Assembly (NCBI GenBank): GCA_040386535.1
Contig: JAZKFH010000042.1
Location: forward strand, 96,001-160,000
Source of the DNA: Myxococcota bacterium
GTDB taxonomy: Bacteria; Myxococcota_A; UBA796; SXON01
Direction: 5' to 3'
Length of the DNA: 64,000 nt
The translations under genes were made by a program, and so were the position numbers. Below, piece after piece: positions 37,006 to 46,403 of this stretch. Under the pieces are notes generated by a model that searched no databases, was not told where the DNA came from, and worked only from the letters and a program-made list of their open reading frames with translations. Each line of letters opens with the position of its first letter. Within the stretch, counting starts at the first letter, position 1.

Positions 37006-37788
37006 ATGTCGCCTTCCGTCCGCCGTCGGGTCTCGTTCGCCGCATGGTCCACCCTCTTTCTCGGCGGCATGGGCGTCGCGGTCGGCATCGCGGTGGCGTT
37101 CCCGGAGGGGGTGCTGCTCAACCCGGTGGGCCTGGGGCTCGTGGGCGCGATCGCGACCGCCCCGTCGATCGTGTGGGCGTTCCGATACGGGCCGAAGCCC
37201 GGGTGGGGGCTGCTCCTGGTCCTCGTCGGCGTACTCATGTGGCCGGGCGTGGCCTGGCGCGCCCTGTGGGCCCGATCCGGCACCGACCTCGCCTACGCGG
37301 CCTGGTACGAGGAGGTCGCGGCCGGGCTGGAGACCGTCACGTCGCGGAGGGTGCTCGGCATGCAGGTGTCGGAGGAGCGGACGACGGGCCTGACCTTCGA
37401 GGTCGAGAACGACCTCCGCGCCGCGGCGATGATCCCGTTGGCGCTCTCGCTGCTTCCCCTCGCCTCGCGCCGGTGCCACGTATGCGGCGGTGGGGGCACC
37501 ACGCGCCTGATCGGCACCCTGGACTGGCCGTTCACCCTGCCTGGGAACGTCGCCGAGGCTGCCCGCGGCACCTTCGACGCATGGCGTGCCGACCCGTCGG
37601 CGCCCTTCTCGAACGCCACGACCGCGCCCACCCGGCTGATGTTGCTCTCGATGCGCTGCAACGCGTGTGAATCGGCGTCCGTCCAGATCTCCCCGATCCT
37701 GGCCGGGCGCGGCCTCAAGGCCCTCGAAGCCGTGCCGGTCTCCCCCGAGGCGCTCGTCGCGCTGCAGGCACGCGCGGGAGCCGCGTGA
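37006..37788 (+). CDS. Membrane protein with two CxxC pairs
   Basis: About four hydrophobic segments; CHVC and CNAC. Confidence 0.6.
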   Translation: MSPSVRRRVSFAAWSTLFLGGMGVAVGIAVAFPEGVLLNPVGLGLVGAIATAPSIVWAFRYGPKPGWGLLLVLVGVLMWPGVAWRALWARSGTDLAYAAWYEEVAAGLETVTSRRVLGMQVSEERTTGLTFEVENDLRAAAMIPLALSLLPLASRRCHVCGGGGTTRLIGTLDWPFTLPGNVAEAARGTFDAWRADPSAPFSNATTAPTRLMLLSMRCNACESASVQISPILAGRGLKALEAVPVSPEALVALQARAGAA

Positions 37789-37815
37789 ACCGCGCCGAGC
37801 GTGCTACCTTCGACG

Positions 37816-38196
37816 ATGCCCCTGGACCGCACCACCGCCCTCGGCACCCACCTCCTGGTGGAGCTCTACGAGTGTGACGTCGCGGCCCTCGACGACGTGG
37901 CCGGGATCGAGGCCGCGATGGTCGAGGCCGCGCTGGCCGGCGGCGCCACGATCGTCGATCGCCGCTTCCATCGCTTCGCGCCGCACGGAGTGTCGGGCGT
38001 CGTCGTGATCGCCGAGTCGCACCTGACGATCCACACGTGGCCGGAGCACGCCTACGCCGCGGTCGACGTGTTCACGTGCGGGTCGAGCGTCGACACGGAG
38101 GCGTGCGCCCGCTTCCTCTGCGAGCGGCTCGGGAGCCGGCGACACAGCATGGTGTCGCTCGACCGTGGCCCCCTCGCCCTCTTGCGTCGGGCGTAG
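37816..38196 (+). CDS. speD: S-adenosylmethionine decarboxylase proenzyme family (pyruvoyl-dependent)
   Basis: GTHLLVELYEC, GVSGVVVIAESHLTIHTWPE (ES cleavage site), DVFTCG. Confidence 0.9.
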   Translation: MPLDRTTALGTHLLVELYECDVAALDDVAGIEAAMVEAALAGGATIVDRRFHRFAPHGVSGVVVIAESHLTIHTWPEHAYAAVDVFTCGSSVDTEACARFLCERLGSRRHSMVSLDRGPLALLRRA

Positions 38197-38199
38197 GCC

Positions 38200-39474
38200 G
38201 TGCGGCCCGGCGACTTCGACGACAACGTGTCGTTCTGGGCGGCCACGGCGCCGCCCGACACCCCCTGCGATCCGCTGCGCGGCGAGATCGTGGCGGACGT
38301 GGCGATCATCGGCGGCGGGTTCACCGGCACCTCGACGGCGCGCGAGCTCCTGCTGCGTCGCCCCGACCTCGGCGTGGTGCTGCTCGAGGCGCGCACGGTC
38401 GGCAACGGCGCAAGCGGGCGCAACGGCGGGCAGGTCCTCAACTGGATCAACGGCATCGGCAGCGACGACCCGGTCCTGACGCGCCGCGTGTGGGACGCGA
38501 CGCACCACGGCATCGAGCGCGTGCTGGAGCGGGCGCGCCGCGGCAATGTCCGGTGGTCCCGCCACGGCGCGCTCGACCTGTACACCGATGCCCGCCGCGC
38601 CGAACGCGCCCACGCGCACGCCGAGCGGCTCAACACGTTGGGGATCCCGGTCCGCTACGTCTCCGGCGCCGAGCTGCGTGGGTTGTGTGGCGCCGAGGGC
38701 GTGGCGGGCGGCATTCTGGACCCCACCGCGGGCGTGCTCGCGGGCGTGGACCTTTTGCGTGCCACCAAGTCGGAGCTGCTCGCGGCCGGCGCGCGCATCT
38801 ACGAGGGCACGCCGGTCACCCGGGTGCACGAGGGCGATGTCATCACGCTCGACACCCCGCACGGCGTCGTCAAGGCGAGATCGCTCGTGCTCGCGACGAA
38901 CGGGTACACCCACCTGCTCGGCTATTTTCGTGGCGGCGTGTTCCCGCTGCTCTCTCACGTCGTGTCGGTGCCGATGGCGGCCGACGCTTGGGGCGGCGCG
39001 GGCAGCTTCTCCGACGACATGGACCGCATCAGCTACGGCGCCCACCTCGACGGCCAGCTGATCTTCGGCGGGGGAAGCAACGCGTCGTACGCCTACAAGT
39101 ACGGTGGGCGCACGGGCGGCGACCTGGGCCGGGCCGCCGACAGCGCCGTGCGTGCCAAGCTCGGCCGCTACTTCCCCGGCGCGGTCGCACCCTCCCACAC
39201 GTGGACCGGCGTGCTCGGCATCACCCTCTCGCGGCGGCCCTCGATTGGGCGGCGCGGCAACGTGTATTGGGGCCTGGGCTACTCGGGGCACGGCGTGACG
39301 CTCGCGAACCTCGCGGGGGAGATCCTCGCGGATCTGTACACGGGCGACGCCGCGAAGTGGGCCGACCTCCCCATCGTGGACGCGGCGCTGGGGTGGATCC
39401 CGCCGGATCCGTTCCGTTGGGTGGGGTACCACGCGTATACGGCGATGACGGGGCGGAGTCCGCGGAGGGGGTAG
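38200..39474 (+). CDS. FAD-dependent amine oxidoreductase (PuuB/DAO family)
   Basis: IIGGGFTG, GASGRNGG, LATNGY, GYSGHGV. Confidence 0.88.
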   Translation: MRPGDFDDNVSFWAATAPPDTPCDPLRGEIVADVAIIGGGFTGTSTARELLLRRPDLGVVLLEARTVGNGASGRNGGQVLNWINGIGSDDPVLTRRVWDATHHGIERVLERARRGNVRWSRHGALDLYTDARRAERAHAHAERLNTLGIPVRYVSGAELRGLCGAEGVAGGILDPTAGVLAGVDLLRATKSELLAAGARIYEGTPVTRVHEGDVITLDTPHGVVKARSLVLATNGYTHLLGYFRGGVFPLLSHVVSVPMAADAWGGAGSFSDDMDRISYGAHLDGQLIFGGGSNASYAYKYGGRTGGDLGRAADSAVRAKLGRYFPGAVAPSHTWTGVLGITLSRRPSIGRRGNVYWGLGYSGHGVTLANLAGEILADLYTGDAAKWADLPIVDAALGWIPPDPFRWVGYHAYTAMTGRSPRRG

Positions 39475-39866
39475 GAAGGCGGGGAGTAGGAAGGGGAAGG
39501 GGGAGAAGCAGGAAGGGGAAGGGGGAGAAGCAGGAAGGGGAAGGGGGAGAAGCAGGAAAGCAGGAAACTAGGAAGGCAGGAAAAAGGCAACGAAAAAGCA
39601 GGAGGGCAGGAAACAAGGAAGGCAGAGGAAGACGAGACGGAAGCTGCGGAAGGGAGGACAATCAAACGGGTCTCGCGAAACGACGTTCTTCCTATTCATC
39701 CTCTCCTCATTCCTGCTTTCCTTCATTCCTGCTTTCCTGATTCTCCGGCTTCCGGAAAAACGGGTCGAACGGAAACCTCCTTCCCATTCATCCTCTCCCA
39801 ATTCCTACATTCCTTCATTCTCAGCTTCCGGCCTCCTCCATTCCTGGAAGGAATAGAAGGAGAGAG
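39475..39866. repeat. Purine-rich/pyrimidine-rich intergenic repeat region
   Basis: 22-bp unit AGGAAGGGGAAGGGGGAGAAGC three times (39488-39553); AGGAAAGCAGGAA (39554) is inverted at 39710 and 39726. Confidence 0.85.
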
Positions 39867-40706
39867 TCAGACGGAGAGTTGTCGGCAAACCAACATCCCC
39901 CACCCTTCCCGCTCCCGCCCGTCCCGCACGACCATCCCCGCCGTGACACACGCCGCCTCGACGCGGGCGCGCGCGTCCACGCCGAAGCCGGAGAGCACCA
40001 GCGTGCCGCCCGGTGACACGCGGGTGGCCATCGCCGGTAGGAGGGCCAGGAGCGGCGCGAAGTAGAGGTTGGCGACGACGAGGTCGAAGGTGCCGTCGGG
40101 GAACGTGTCGACCACGGTGACGATCGCGGCCACGCCGTTGTTGTCGACGTGGCGGCGGGCGGCCCAGAGCGACAGGGGATCGATGTCCTGGGCGACGACG
40201 CGGGTGGCGCCCAGGCGGGCCGCCACGATGGCGAGGATGCCGGTGCCGGTGCCGACGTCCAGGACCGTTCCCAACGAGGGGGCGAGCCGCTCCAACGCCT
40301 CCACGCAGAGCACGGTGGTGGGGTGGAGGCCGTCGCCGAAGGCGAGGGTTGCGTCGAGGACGAGGGCGTCCCGATCCGGAGGGCCGACGCCGCCGGGCGC
40401 CACGACCACGAACCGCGCGCCGACGGGGGCCGCGGGGGGCGCCGCTTCCCAGGTGACCGGGATGTCGCGCCAGTCGCACCGTGTGTCGGGGCCGAGGCGA
40501 CGGCGAAGGGCCCGGATCGCGCGGCTGGCCGCGGGGGAGGGCGGGAGCCACGCCACGATGTGCACACGCCCGGCGGGGGCGCCGGACTCGGAATCGCGCA
40601 CCTCCAGGCCCTGGACGCCGAGGCGGTAGACGGCAGCCACCACGGGCGCCTCGCGGGCGGCGGGCGCGTCGACGGTGAGCTCACGCAGGCGCGGCGCTTG
40701 GGTCAC
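39867..40706 (-). CDS. prmA: Ribosomal protein L11 methyltransferase-like
   Basis: AFGDGLHPTT, VLDVGTGTGILAI, DID, DLVVANL, LVLSG. Confidence 0.8.
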   Translation of the reverse strand: MTQAPRLRELTVDAPAAREAPVVAAVYRLGVQGLEVRDSESGAPAGRVHIVAWLPPSPAASRAIRALRRRLGPDTRCDWRDIPVTWEAAPPAAPVGARFVVVAPGGVGPPDRDALVLDATLAFGDGLHPTTVLCVEALERLAPSLGTVLDVGTGTGILAIVAARLGATRVVAQDIDPLSLWAARRHVDNNGVAAIVTVVDTFPDGTFDLVVANLYFAPLLALLPAMATRVSPGGTLVLSGFGVDARARVEAACVTAGMVVRDGREREGWGMLVCRQLSV

Positions 40707-40740
40707 AACTCACCTCGCGGCGCCCATACCACGTTCGGAA

Positions 40741-41094
40741 TCAGCTCCGCCGCGGCGGCGCCGGCCACTCCTTGTCGATGTCCTCCTGGTTGGCGAAGCC
40801 GAGGGCCTCACGATGCACCGCGAGCTCCCAGCGCACGCGCAGCGCCTCGTTCCGCGCCTGGTCGTACCGCTCGAGGCACGCGCCCCGCTCGGCGGCCGGG
40901 CAGGTGTCGAGGGCGGCGACGGCCTTGCCGAGCGCGTCGTATGCGCCCTGCACCTTGGTAACGGCGCGGGAGTAGGACTGGGCCCGCTCCTTCGCGAGCT
41001 CGGCCAGTGTCGACCGGTGCATGTCCTCGGGGCCGCCGCGAAGCTTCGCAAACCGTTCGAGGGCGGCGAGGCCCTCTTCCCGCTTGTCCGACAT
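40741..41094 (-). CDS. Hypothetical helical protein
   Basis: GC-type codon usage, RBS GAGG, ends WELAVHREALGF..WPAPP. Confidence 0.7.
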   Translation of the reverse strand: MSDKREEGLAALERFAKLRGGPEDMHRSTLAELAKERAQSYSRAVTKVQGAYDALGKAVAALDTCPAAERGACLERYDQARNEALRVRWELAVHREALGFANQEDIDKEWPAPPRRS

Positions 41095-41176
41095 GAACGC
41101 CTCATCAGGCCCCTCTTTCTAACCGCTTGCGTGTGCCACCGGCAGGGCACATCCGTAGTCCCGGATAGAGCCCGGC

Positions 41177-41701
41177 GTGGATTTCCGGCTCGTCCTCTTC
41201 TTCGGCCTGATCGTCGGCGCCGCCGTCGCCTGGTGGGTGCCCCGCGCGCTCCGACGCCGGCGCCTCGGCCTGCGGTTCGCGCGGTCGCGGCGGCTCGAAG
41301 CGGAGGCCACCGGGATGCTCGCCGACGCCGGCTACGAGGTGCTCGCGACCCAGGTCACCGCGCCGTGCGTCGTCACGCGGGACGGCGAGGTGATCGTGGC
41401 CGACATCCGCGCCGACTACCTCGTGGCGCGCGGAGGGCGGGTGTACGTGGCGGAGGCGAAGAGCGGGCCGCGGGCGACCGACCTGCGCGAGCGGGCCACG
41501 CGTCGGCAGCTCCTGGAGTACGCGGTGACCTACGACGTCGACGGCGTGCTGCTCGTGGACACCGAGGCGGCGGAGGTGGTGCAGGTGGCCTTTCCGGCGC
41601 TCACCCGGCGCGCGCAGCGGGCGTTCTGGGCGGGGACGGGCGTGGGCGCGGCGATGGGGGCCGGGGGCGTGGCCGCGGTGTGGTGGTTCCTGCGGGGCTG
41701 A
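41177..41701 (+). CDS. Membrane-anchored PD-(D/E)XK nuclease-fold protein
   Basis: N- and C-terminal hydrophobic segments; E..ADYLV..VAEAK..RRQLLEY. Confidence 0.7.
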   Translation: MDFRLVLFFGLIVGAAVAWWVPRALRRRRLGLRFARSRRLEAEATGMLADAGYEVLATQVTAPCVVTRDGEVIVADIRADYLVARGGRVYVAEAKSGPRATDLRERATRRQLLEYAVTYDVDGVLLVDTEAAEVVQVAFPALTRRAQRAFWAGTGVGAAMGAGGVAAVWWFLRG

Positions 41702-41758
41702 CGCGGGCCGTTCCAACCGTGGCGATCTCACCCCGGCGATCGCGACTACATCGATCGC

Positions 41759-42874
41759 ATGGCACGTGTGCTCCTGTGCGGCGACGTGATGACGGGTCGG
41801 GGGATCGACCAGATCCTCCAGCATCCCAGCGCGCCCGAGATCTTCGAGCCCTGGGTGACCGACGCGCGGGGCTACGTGACGCTCGCGGAGGCCGAGAACG
41901 GGCCGGTGCCCCGCTCGGCGCCGGTGGACTATCCCTGGGGGGACGCCCTGGCCGTGTTCGCCTCCCTCGCGCCGGACGTCCGCATCGCCAACCTGGAGAC
42001 CAGCGTGACGCGGGCGGACACGCCGCTGCCGAAGGGCATCAACTACCGGATGGAGCCGGCCAACGTGGGGTGCCTCACGTCTGCCGCCCTCGACGTGTGT
42101 GTGTTGGCGAACAACCACGTGCTCGACTTCGGAACGGCGGGCCTGCGGGAGACCCTCGCGACGCTCCACGCCGCCGGCCTGCGCACGTGCGGCGCGGGGC
42201 GCGACCGGGTGGAGGCCCGGATCCCGGCGGTCGTAGAGCTCGCGGGCGGCGGGCGCGTGCTGGTGTCCGCCGTGGCGACGGACGACAGCGGCGTGCCCGC
42301 TTCCTGGGCGGCGCGGGCGGACCGTCCGGGCGTCAATCGGCTGGCAGGTGTGACCGTGGAGGACGCCGACCGGCTCCTGGCGCGAATCGCCGCCGTGCGC
42401 CACGCGGGGGACGTGGTCGTGCTGTCGATCCACTGGGGCGGCAACTGGGGCTACGAGGTCCCCGCGGCCTGGGTCCGGTTCGCGCACCACCTCGTCGACG
42501 GGGGCGTGGACGTGCTGTTCGGGCACTCGTCCCACCACCCGCGCCCGGCCGAGGTGTACCGGGACCGCGCGATCCTGTACGGATGCGGCGACCTGCTCAA
42601 CGATTACGAGGGGATCAGCGGGCACGAGGCTTACCGGCCCGAGCTCGTGGTCGCGTGGGTGCTCGACCTGGACGAGACGGGCGCCGTGCGTCGTCTCGGG
42701 TTGGCGCCGTTCCGCCTGCGACGGCTCCGGCTGGAGCGGGCCTCTGCTGACGATCGGGCGTGGCTGTGTGAGCGCCTCACCCGCGTATCCCTCCCCTTCC
42801 GCGGCGTGCTGCGCGACGAGGGCGAGGCGACGCTGCGGCTCGTCTCCGCGGACGATCCGCGCCCAGTGGGCTAA
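41759..42874 (+). CDS. CapA/PGA_cap family protein
   Basis: GDVMTGRGIDQ, NLETS, LANNHVLD, HWGGNWG, GHSSHH. Confidence 0.92.
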   Translation: MARVLLCGDVMTGRGIDQILQHPSAPEIFEPWVTDARGYVTLAEAENGPVPRSAPVDYPWGDALAVFASLAPDVRIANLETSVTRADTPLPKGINYRMEPANVGCLTSAALDVCVLANNHVLDFGTAGLRETLATLHAAGLRTCGAGRDRVEARIPAVVELAGGGRVLVSAVATDDSGVPASWAARADRPGVNRLAGVTVEDADRLLARIAAVRHAGDVVVLSIHWGGNWGYEVPAAWVRFAHHLVDGGVDVLFGHSSHHPRPAEVYRDRAILYGCGDLLNDYEGISGHEAYRPELVVAWVLDLDETGAVRRLGLAPFRLRRLRLERASADDRAWLCERLTRVSLPFRGVLRDEGEATLRLVSADDPRPVG

Positions 42875-42901
42875 TCGAGCCACCCGCCCGCGGAGCTCTC
42901 G

Positions 42902-44995
42902 ATGGTCTCGTTCCTCTTCGCCCTCGCTTTCGCCCTCCCCGCGTACGCGGAGTCCGTGGCCCCGGCCGCCGCCGCGGTCGCCGAGGACCCCTACCTGTGG
43001 CTCGAAGACGTTGGCGGGGACACGTCCCTGGAGTGGGTGCGCGCCCGCAACACGAAGAGTGAGGGCGAGCTCGCGGCGGCGCCGGGCTTCGGCGCGCTCG
43101 AGAGCCGCCTCCTGTCCATCATGGACTCGGACGCGAAGATTCCCTACGCCGGAAAGATGGGGAAGTACTACTACAACTTCTGGAAGGACGGCCAACACCG
43201 CCGCGGCATCTGGCGGCGCACGTCGTGGGCCGAGTACCAGAAGGCCGAGCCGGCCTGGGAGGTCGTGCTCGATCTGGACGCGCTGGGCGCCACCGAGAAG
43301 GAGAGCTGGGTGTGGAGCGGCGCGAATTGCCTCGCGCCCACGTACGAGCGCTGCCTGGTGTCGCTCTCCCGGGGCGGGGCCGACGCCGTGGTCGTGCGGG
43401 AATTCGACACGAAGGCGCGTTCGTTCGTGGCCGGTGGCTTCACCCTGGACGAGGCCAAGACCGACGTGTCCTGGATCGATCTCGACTCCGTGTGGGTGGG
43501 CACCGATTTTGGGCCGGGCACGATGACGTCGTCGGGGTATCCGCGCGAGGTGCGGCGTTGGAAGCGGGGCGCCACGCTCGCGACGGCGGAGAAGGTGTAC
43601 GCGGGCGAGGAGGCCGACGTGTCGGTGTCCGCGTGGCACGAGGACACCAAGGGCTTCGAGCGGGACTGGATCGACCGCAGCCCCACGTTCTGGACGAGCG
43701 AGCGATTCCTGGTGAGGGATGGCAAGCTCGTGAAGCTCGAGAAGCCGGACGACGCGATCGCGAGCACGTTCCGCGAGTGGTTGTACCTCGAGCTGCGGAG
43801 TGATTGGAAGGCGGGAGACAAGACCTGGAAGGCGGGCTCGTTGCTCGCCATCCGTCTCGAGGACTTCCTCACCGGATCCCGGAGCTTCGATCTCTTGTTC
43901 GAACCGGGCCCCCGCACGTCGCTCGCCGGGCATTCGCCGACCCGCCACCACGTGGTGGTGCAGGTGCTCGACAACGTGCGCAGCCGCGTCGAGGTGCTGA
44001 CCCCCGGCAAGGGCGGTTGGACGCGCAAAGCGATGGAGGGCCTGCCCGAGCTCGGCACGGTGAACGTGTGGGCGGTCGACCCCGAGAAGACGGACGACGT
44101 GTTCGTGACCGTGACCGACTACGTCACGCCCACCACCTTGTCGTGGGCCCGGATCGGAAAGGGCGCCCCCACCCCGCTCAAGCAGCTCCCCGCCTACTTC
44201 GATTCCGCCGGGCTCGTCGTGAGCCAGCACGAGGCTACCTCCAAGGACGGCACCAAGGTGCCCTACTTCCAGGTGTCGAAGAAGGACCTCGCGCTCGACG
44301 GGGACAACCCCACCCTGCTGTACGGCTACGGCGGGTTCGAGGTGTCGCTGGTGCCCGGCTACTCGGGCGGCGTGGGCGCGGCGTGGCTGGAGCCGGGCGG
44401 CGTGTACGTGGTCGCCAACATCCGCGGCGGCGGCGAATTCGGCCCGTCGTGGCACCAGGCCGCCCTCAAGGCCGATCGCAACAAGGCCTACGAAGACTTC
44501 GCGGCGGTGGCCCTGGATCTCGTGGCGCGCAAGGTCACGGACAAGGACCACCTCGGCATCCAGGGCGGCTCCAACGGCGGCCTGTTGATGGGCAACATGC
44601 TCACCACCTACCCGGACCTGTTCGAGGCCGTGGTGTGTCAGGTTCCCCTGCTGGACATGAAGCGGTACAACAAGCTGCTCGCCGGCGCCTCGTGGATCGG
44701 CGAATACGGCGACCCGGACGTGCCCGGAGACTGGGCGTACCTCCAACAGTACTCGCCCTACCAGAACGTTCGCGCCGGTGTCACGTATCCGCGCGTGCTC
44801 TTCACCACGTCCACGCGGGACGACCGGGTGCACCCCGGGCACGCCCGCAAGATGGCCGCGCGCATGTTGGAGCAGGGCCACGATCTGCTGTACTACGAGA
44901 ACATCGAGGGCGGGCACGGGGGCGCCGCCGACAACAAGCAGGCGGCGCACATGTGGGCGCTCGCCTATACGTTCTTGTGGAACGAGCTGAAGTAG
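42902..44995 (+). CDS. Prolyl oligopeptidase (S9A), secreted
   Basis: DPYLWLE, YGYGGF, GGSNGG, DDRVHP, GGHG. Confidence 0.95.
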   Translation: MVSFLFALAFALPAYAESVAPAAAAVAEDPYLWLEDVGGDTSLEWVRARNTKSEGELAAAPGFGALESRLLSIMDSDAKIPYAGKMGKYYYNFWKDGQHRRGIWRRTSWAEYQKAEPAWEVVLDLDALGATEKESWVWSGANCLAPTYERCLVSLSRGGADAVVVREFDTKARSFVAGGFTLDEAKTDVSWIDLDSVWVGTDFGPGTMTSSGYPREVRRWKRGATLATAEKVYAGEEADVSVSAWHEDTKGFERDWIDRSPTFWTSERFLVRDGKLVKLEKPDDAIASTFREWLYLELRSDWKAGDKTWKAGSLLAIRLEDFLTGSRSFDLLFEPGPRTSLAGHSPTRHHVVVQVLDNVRSRVEVLTPGKGGWTRKAMEGLPELGTVNVWAVDPEKTDDVFVTVTDYVTPTTLSWARIGKGAPTPLKQLPAYFDSAGLVVSQHEATSKDGTKVPYFQVSKKDLALDGDNPTLLYGYGGFEVSLVPGYSGGVGAAWLEPGGVYVVANIRGGGEFGPSWHQAALKADRNKAYEDFAAVALDLVARKVTDKDHLGIQGGSNGGLLMGNMLTTYPDLFEAVVCQVPLLDMKRYNKLLAGASWIGEYGDPDVPGDWAYLQQYSPYQNVRAGVTYPRVLFTTSTRDDRVHPGHARKMAARMLEQGHDLLYYENIEGGHGGAADNKQAAHMWALAYTFLWNELK

Positions 44996-45002
44996 GCGGC
45001 CG

Positions 45003-46322
45003 TCAGGACGGCGGGACGTCACACCTGCGGGCCTCGTCGGCCACGTGGTCGTGGCGGTCCTGCACGTCCTCGACGAGCCGCTCCACGTGGCCCTGCCACT
45101 TGTCATAGGAGAGGTACGGATCGATCTGCATCTCCGCGTCGATCTGGGCGGCCAGCGACAGGATGTGCGCTTCGAGCGCGTCGGCGCCGGGATCCTCGGT
45201 GAGCGACACGAGCCGGTCGCAATACTCCGGCGCGTAGGCCTCGCGCAGGCGTCGTGGCAACACGGGGAGCGCCGCCTCCCAATACGGGCGCAGGTCGAAG
45301 ATGCTCGTCCCCACCAGGTCCTGCTCGCTCTGGTAGAACGAGAGGTCGAGATCGTAGGGGTACACCACGAGCGGACCCTCCGGCGGGCGGTAGAGCATGA
45401 AGTTCTGGGCGGTGGCCGCCATGCCGTCCACATTGGTGAGCAGGATGTCGACCGCCATCTCGCTGATCCACTCCTCCACGTCGATCTTGCCCTCGACGCA
45501 GGCGCGGAGCTGGGCGTCGCTCACCCCGTTCTCCAGGCAGCCGAGCAAGGGGATGATGTCCGTCGCGAGGTCGTCGACGGTGGTGACGCCCTTTGGCTCG
45601 AATCCGTCGTACTCGCCCACGTCGTCGCCCCGGTAGTCGAGGCTCGTGCCCTCACAGTAGCCGGCCACCTTGTAGAAATGCCCGTCGGGGTTCCCGAAGT
45701 GGGTCCGGAGGTACGCCCGATCGTCCGCCTCCTCGACGAGCGGGAACACGCCGAGCGGCTCCCCGTTCACGACGAGCCACGCGTGGTTCGCGCGCGGCGC
45801 GGGCACGCCGGCGTCCCGCATCCAATCGAGCGCCGCCCGCTCGCGCAGGAGCGACGTGTCGCCCTCGGTGCCGAGCAGCGAGACCCGCTCCGCGCCATGG
45901 AACGTCTGGTCTACCAGCGACTCGAACGAGAGCTTGAACCCCCACCGGCTGCCGGCCTGGTAGTTGGATTTCTCGAGCGCGCTGTGCCCGCGGTACCGCA
46001 CGCCCACGCGCGGCCAGCGCTCCTCGACGCCGGTGAGGGGGTTGGTGAAGGCGAGATCGGCCTCGAGGTAGCCTCTCTCGTCGCAGCTGTCGCCCTCCAC
46101 GAGGGTCGCGAGCGCCGCCTCCCAGTCGTCCTCGGCAAAGGTGAGGGAGAAGATCGGGAGGACCTCGGACGCCCAGAGGGCGGCGGGATCCTCCAGCGAC
46201 GCGTCCTCGGGCGCGGCCAGGAGCACCTCGGGCTCGTCGGAGCGGGGCTCCGGCCCCGGCGGACCCCCGATCGGGCCCAGGGTGGAGTCGGGCGCGGTGC
46301 AGGCAAGGAGGAGAAGGAGCAT
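45003..46322 (-). CDS. CotH-family kinase lipoprotein
   Basis: Lipobox LLAC; GVRYRG, FKL, LRER, NVD..QNFMLY, YPYDLDLSF. Confidence 0.85.
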   Translation of the reverse strand: MLLLLLACTAPDSTLGPIGGPPGPEPRSDEPEVLLAAPEDASLEDPAALWASEVLPIFSLTFAEDDWEAALATLVEGDSCDERGYLEADLAFTNPLTGVEERWPRVGVRYRGHSALEKSNYQAGSRWGFKLSFESLVDQTFHGAERVSLLGTEGDTSLLRERAALDWMRDAGVPAPRANHAWLVVNGEPLGVFPLVEEADDRAYLRTHFGNPDGHFYKVAGYCEGTSLDYRGDDVGEYDGFEPKGVTTVDDLATDIIPLLGCLENGVSDAQLRACVEGKIDVEEWISEMAVDILLTNVDGMAATAQNFMLYRPPEGPLVVYPYDLDLSFYQSEQDLVGTSIFDLRPYWEAALPVLPRRLREAYAPEYCDRLVSLTEDPGADALEAHILSLAAQIDAEMQIDPYLSYDKWQGHVERLVEDVQDRHDHVADEARRCDVPPS

Positions 46323-46403
46323 GAATGGAAGGTAGGATGAAACAATCGGACGGGAAGGGACCCCCGGCTGGGGTCGGGCCACGCCATCGGCTATGAGGCC
46401 GCG

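Noticed and set aside
24880..42874. Poly-gamma-glutamate capsule locus from two CapA genes
   Set aside because: No capB/capC nearby; stand-alone CapA-family genes are common.
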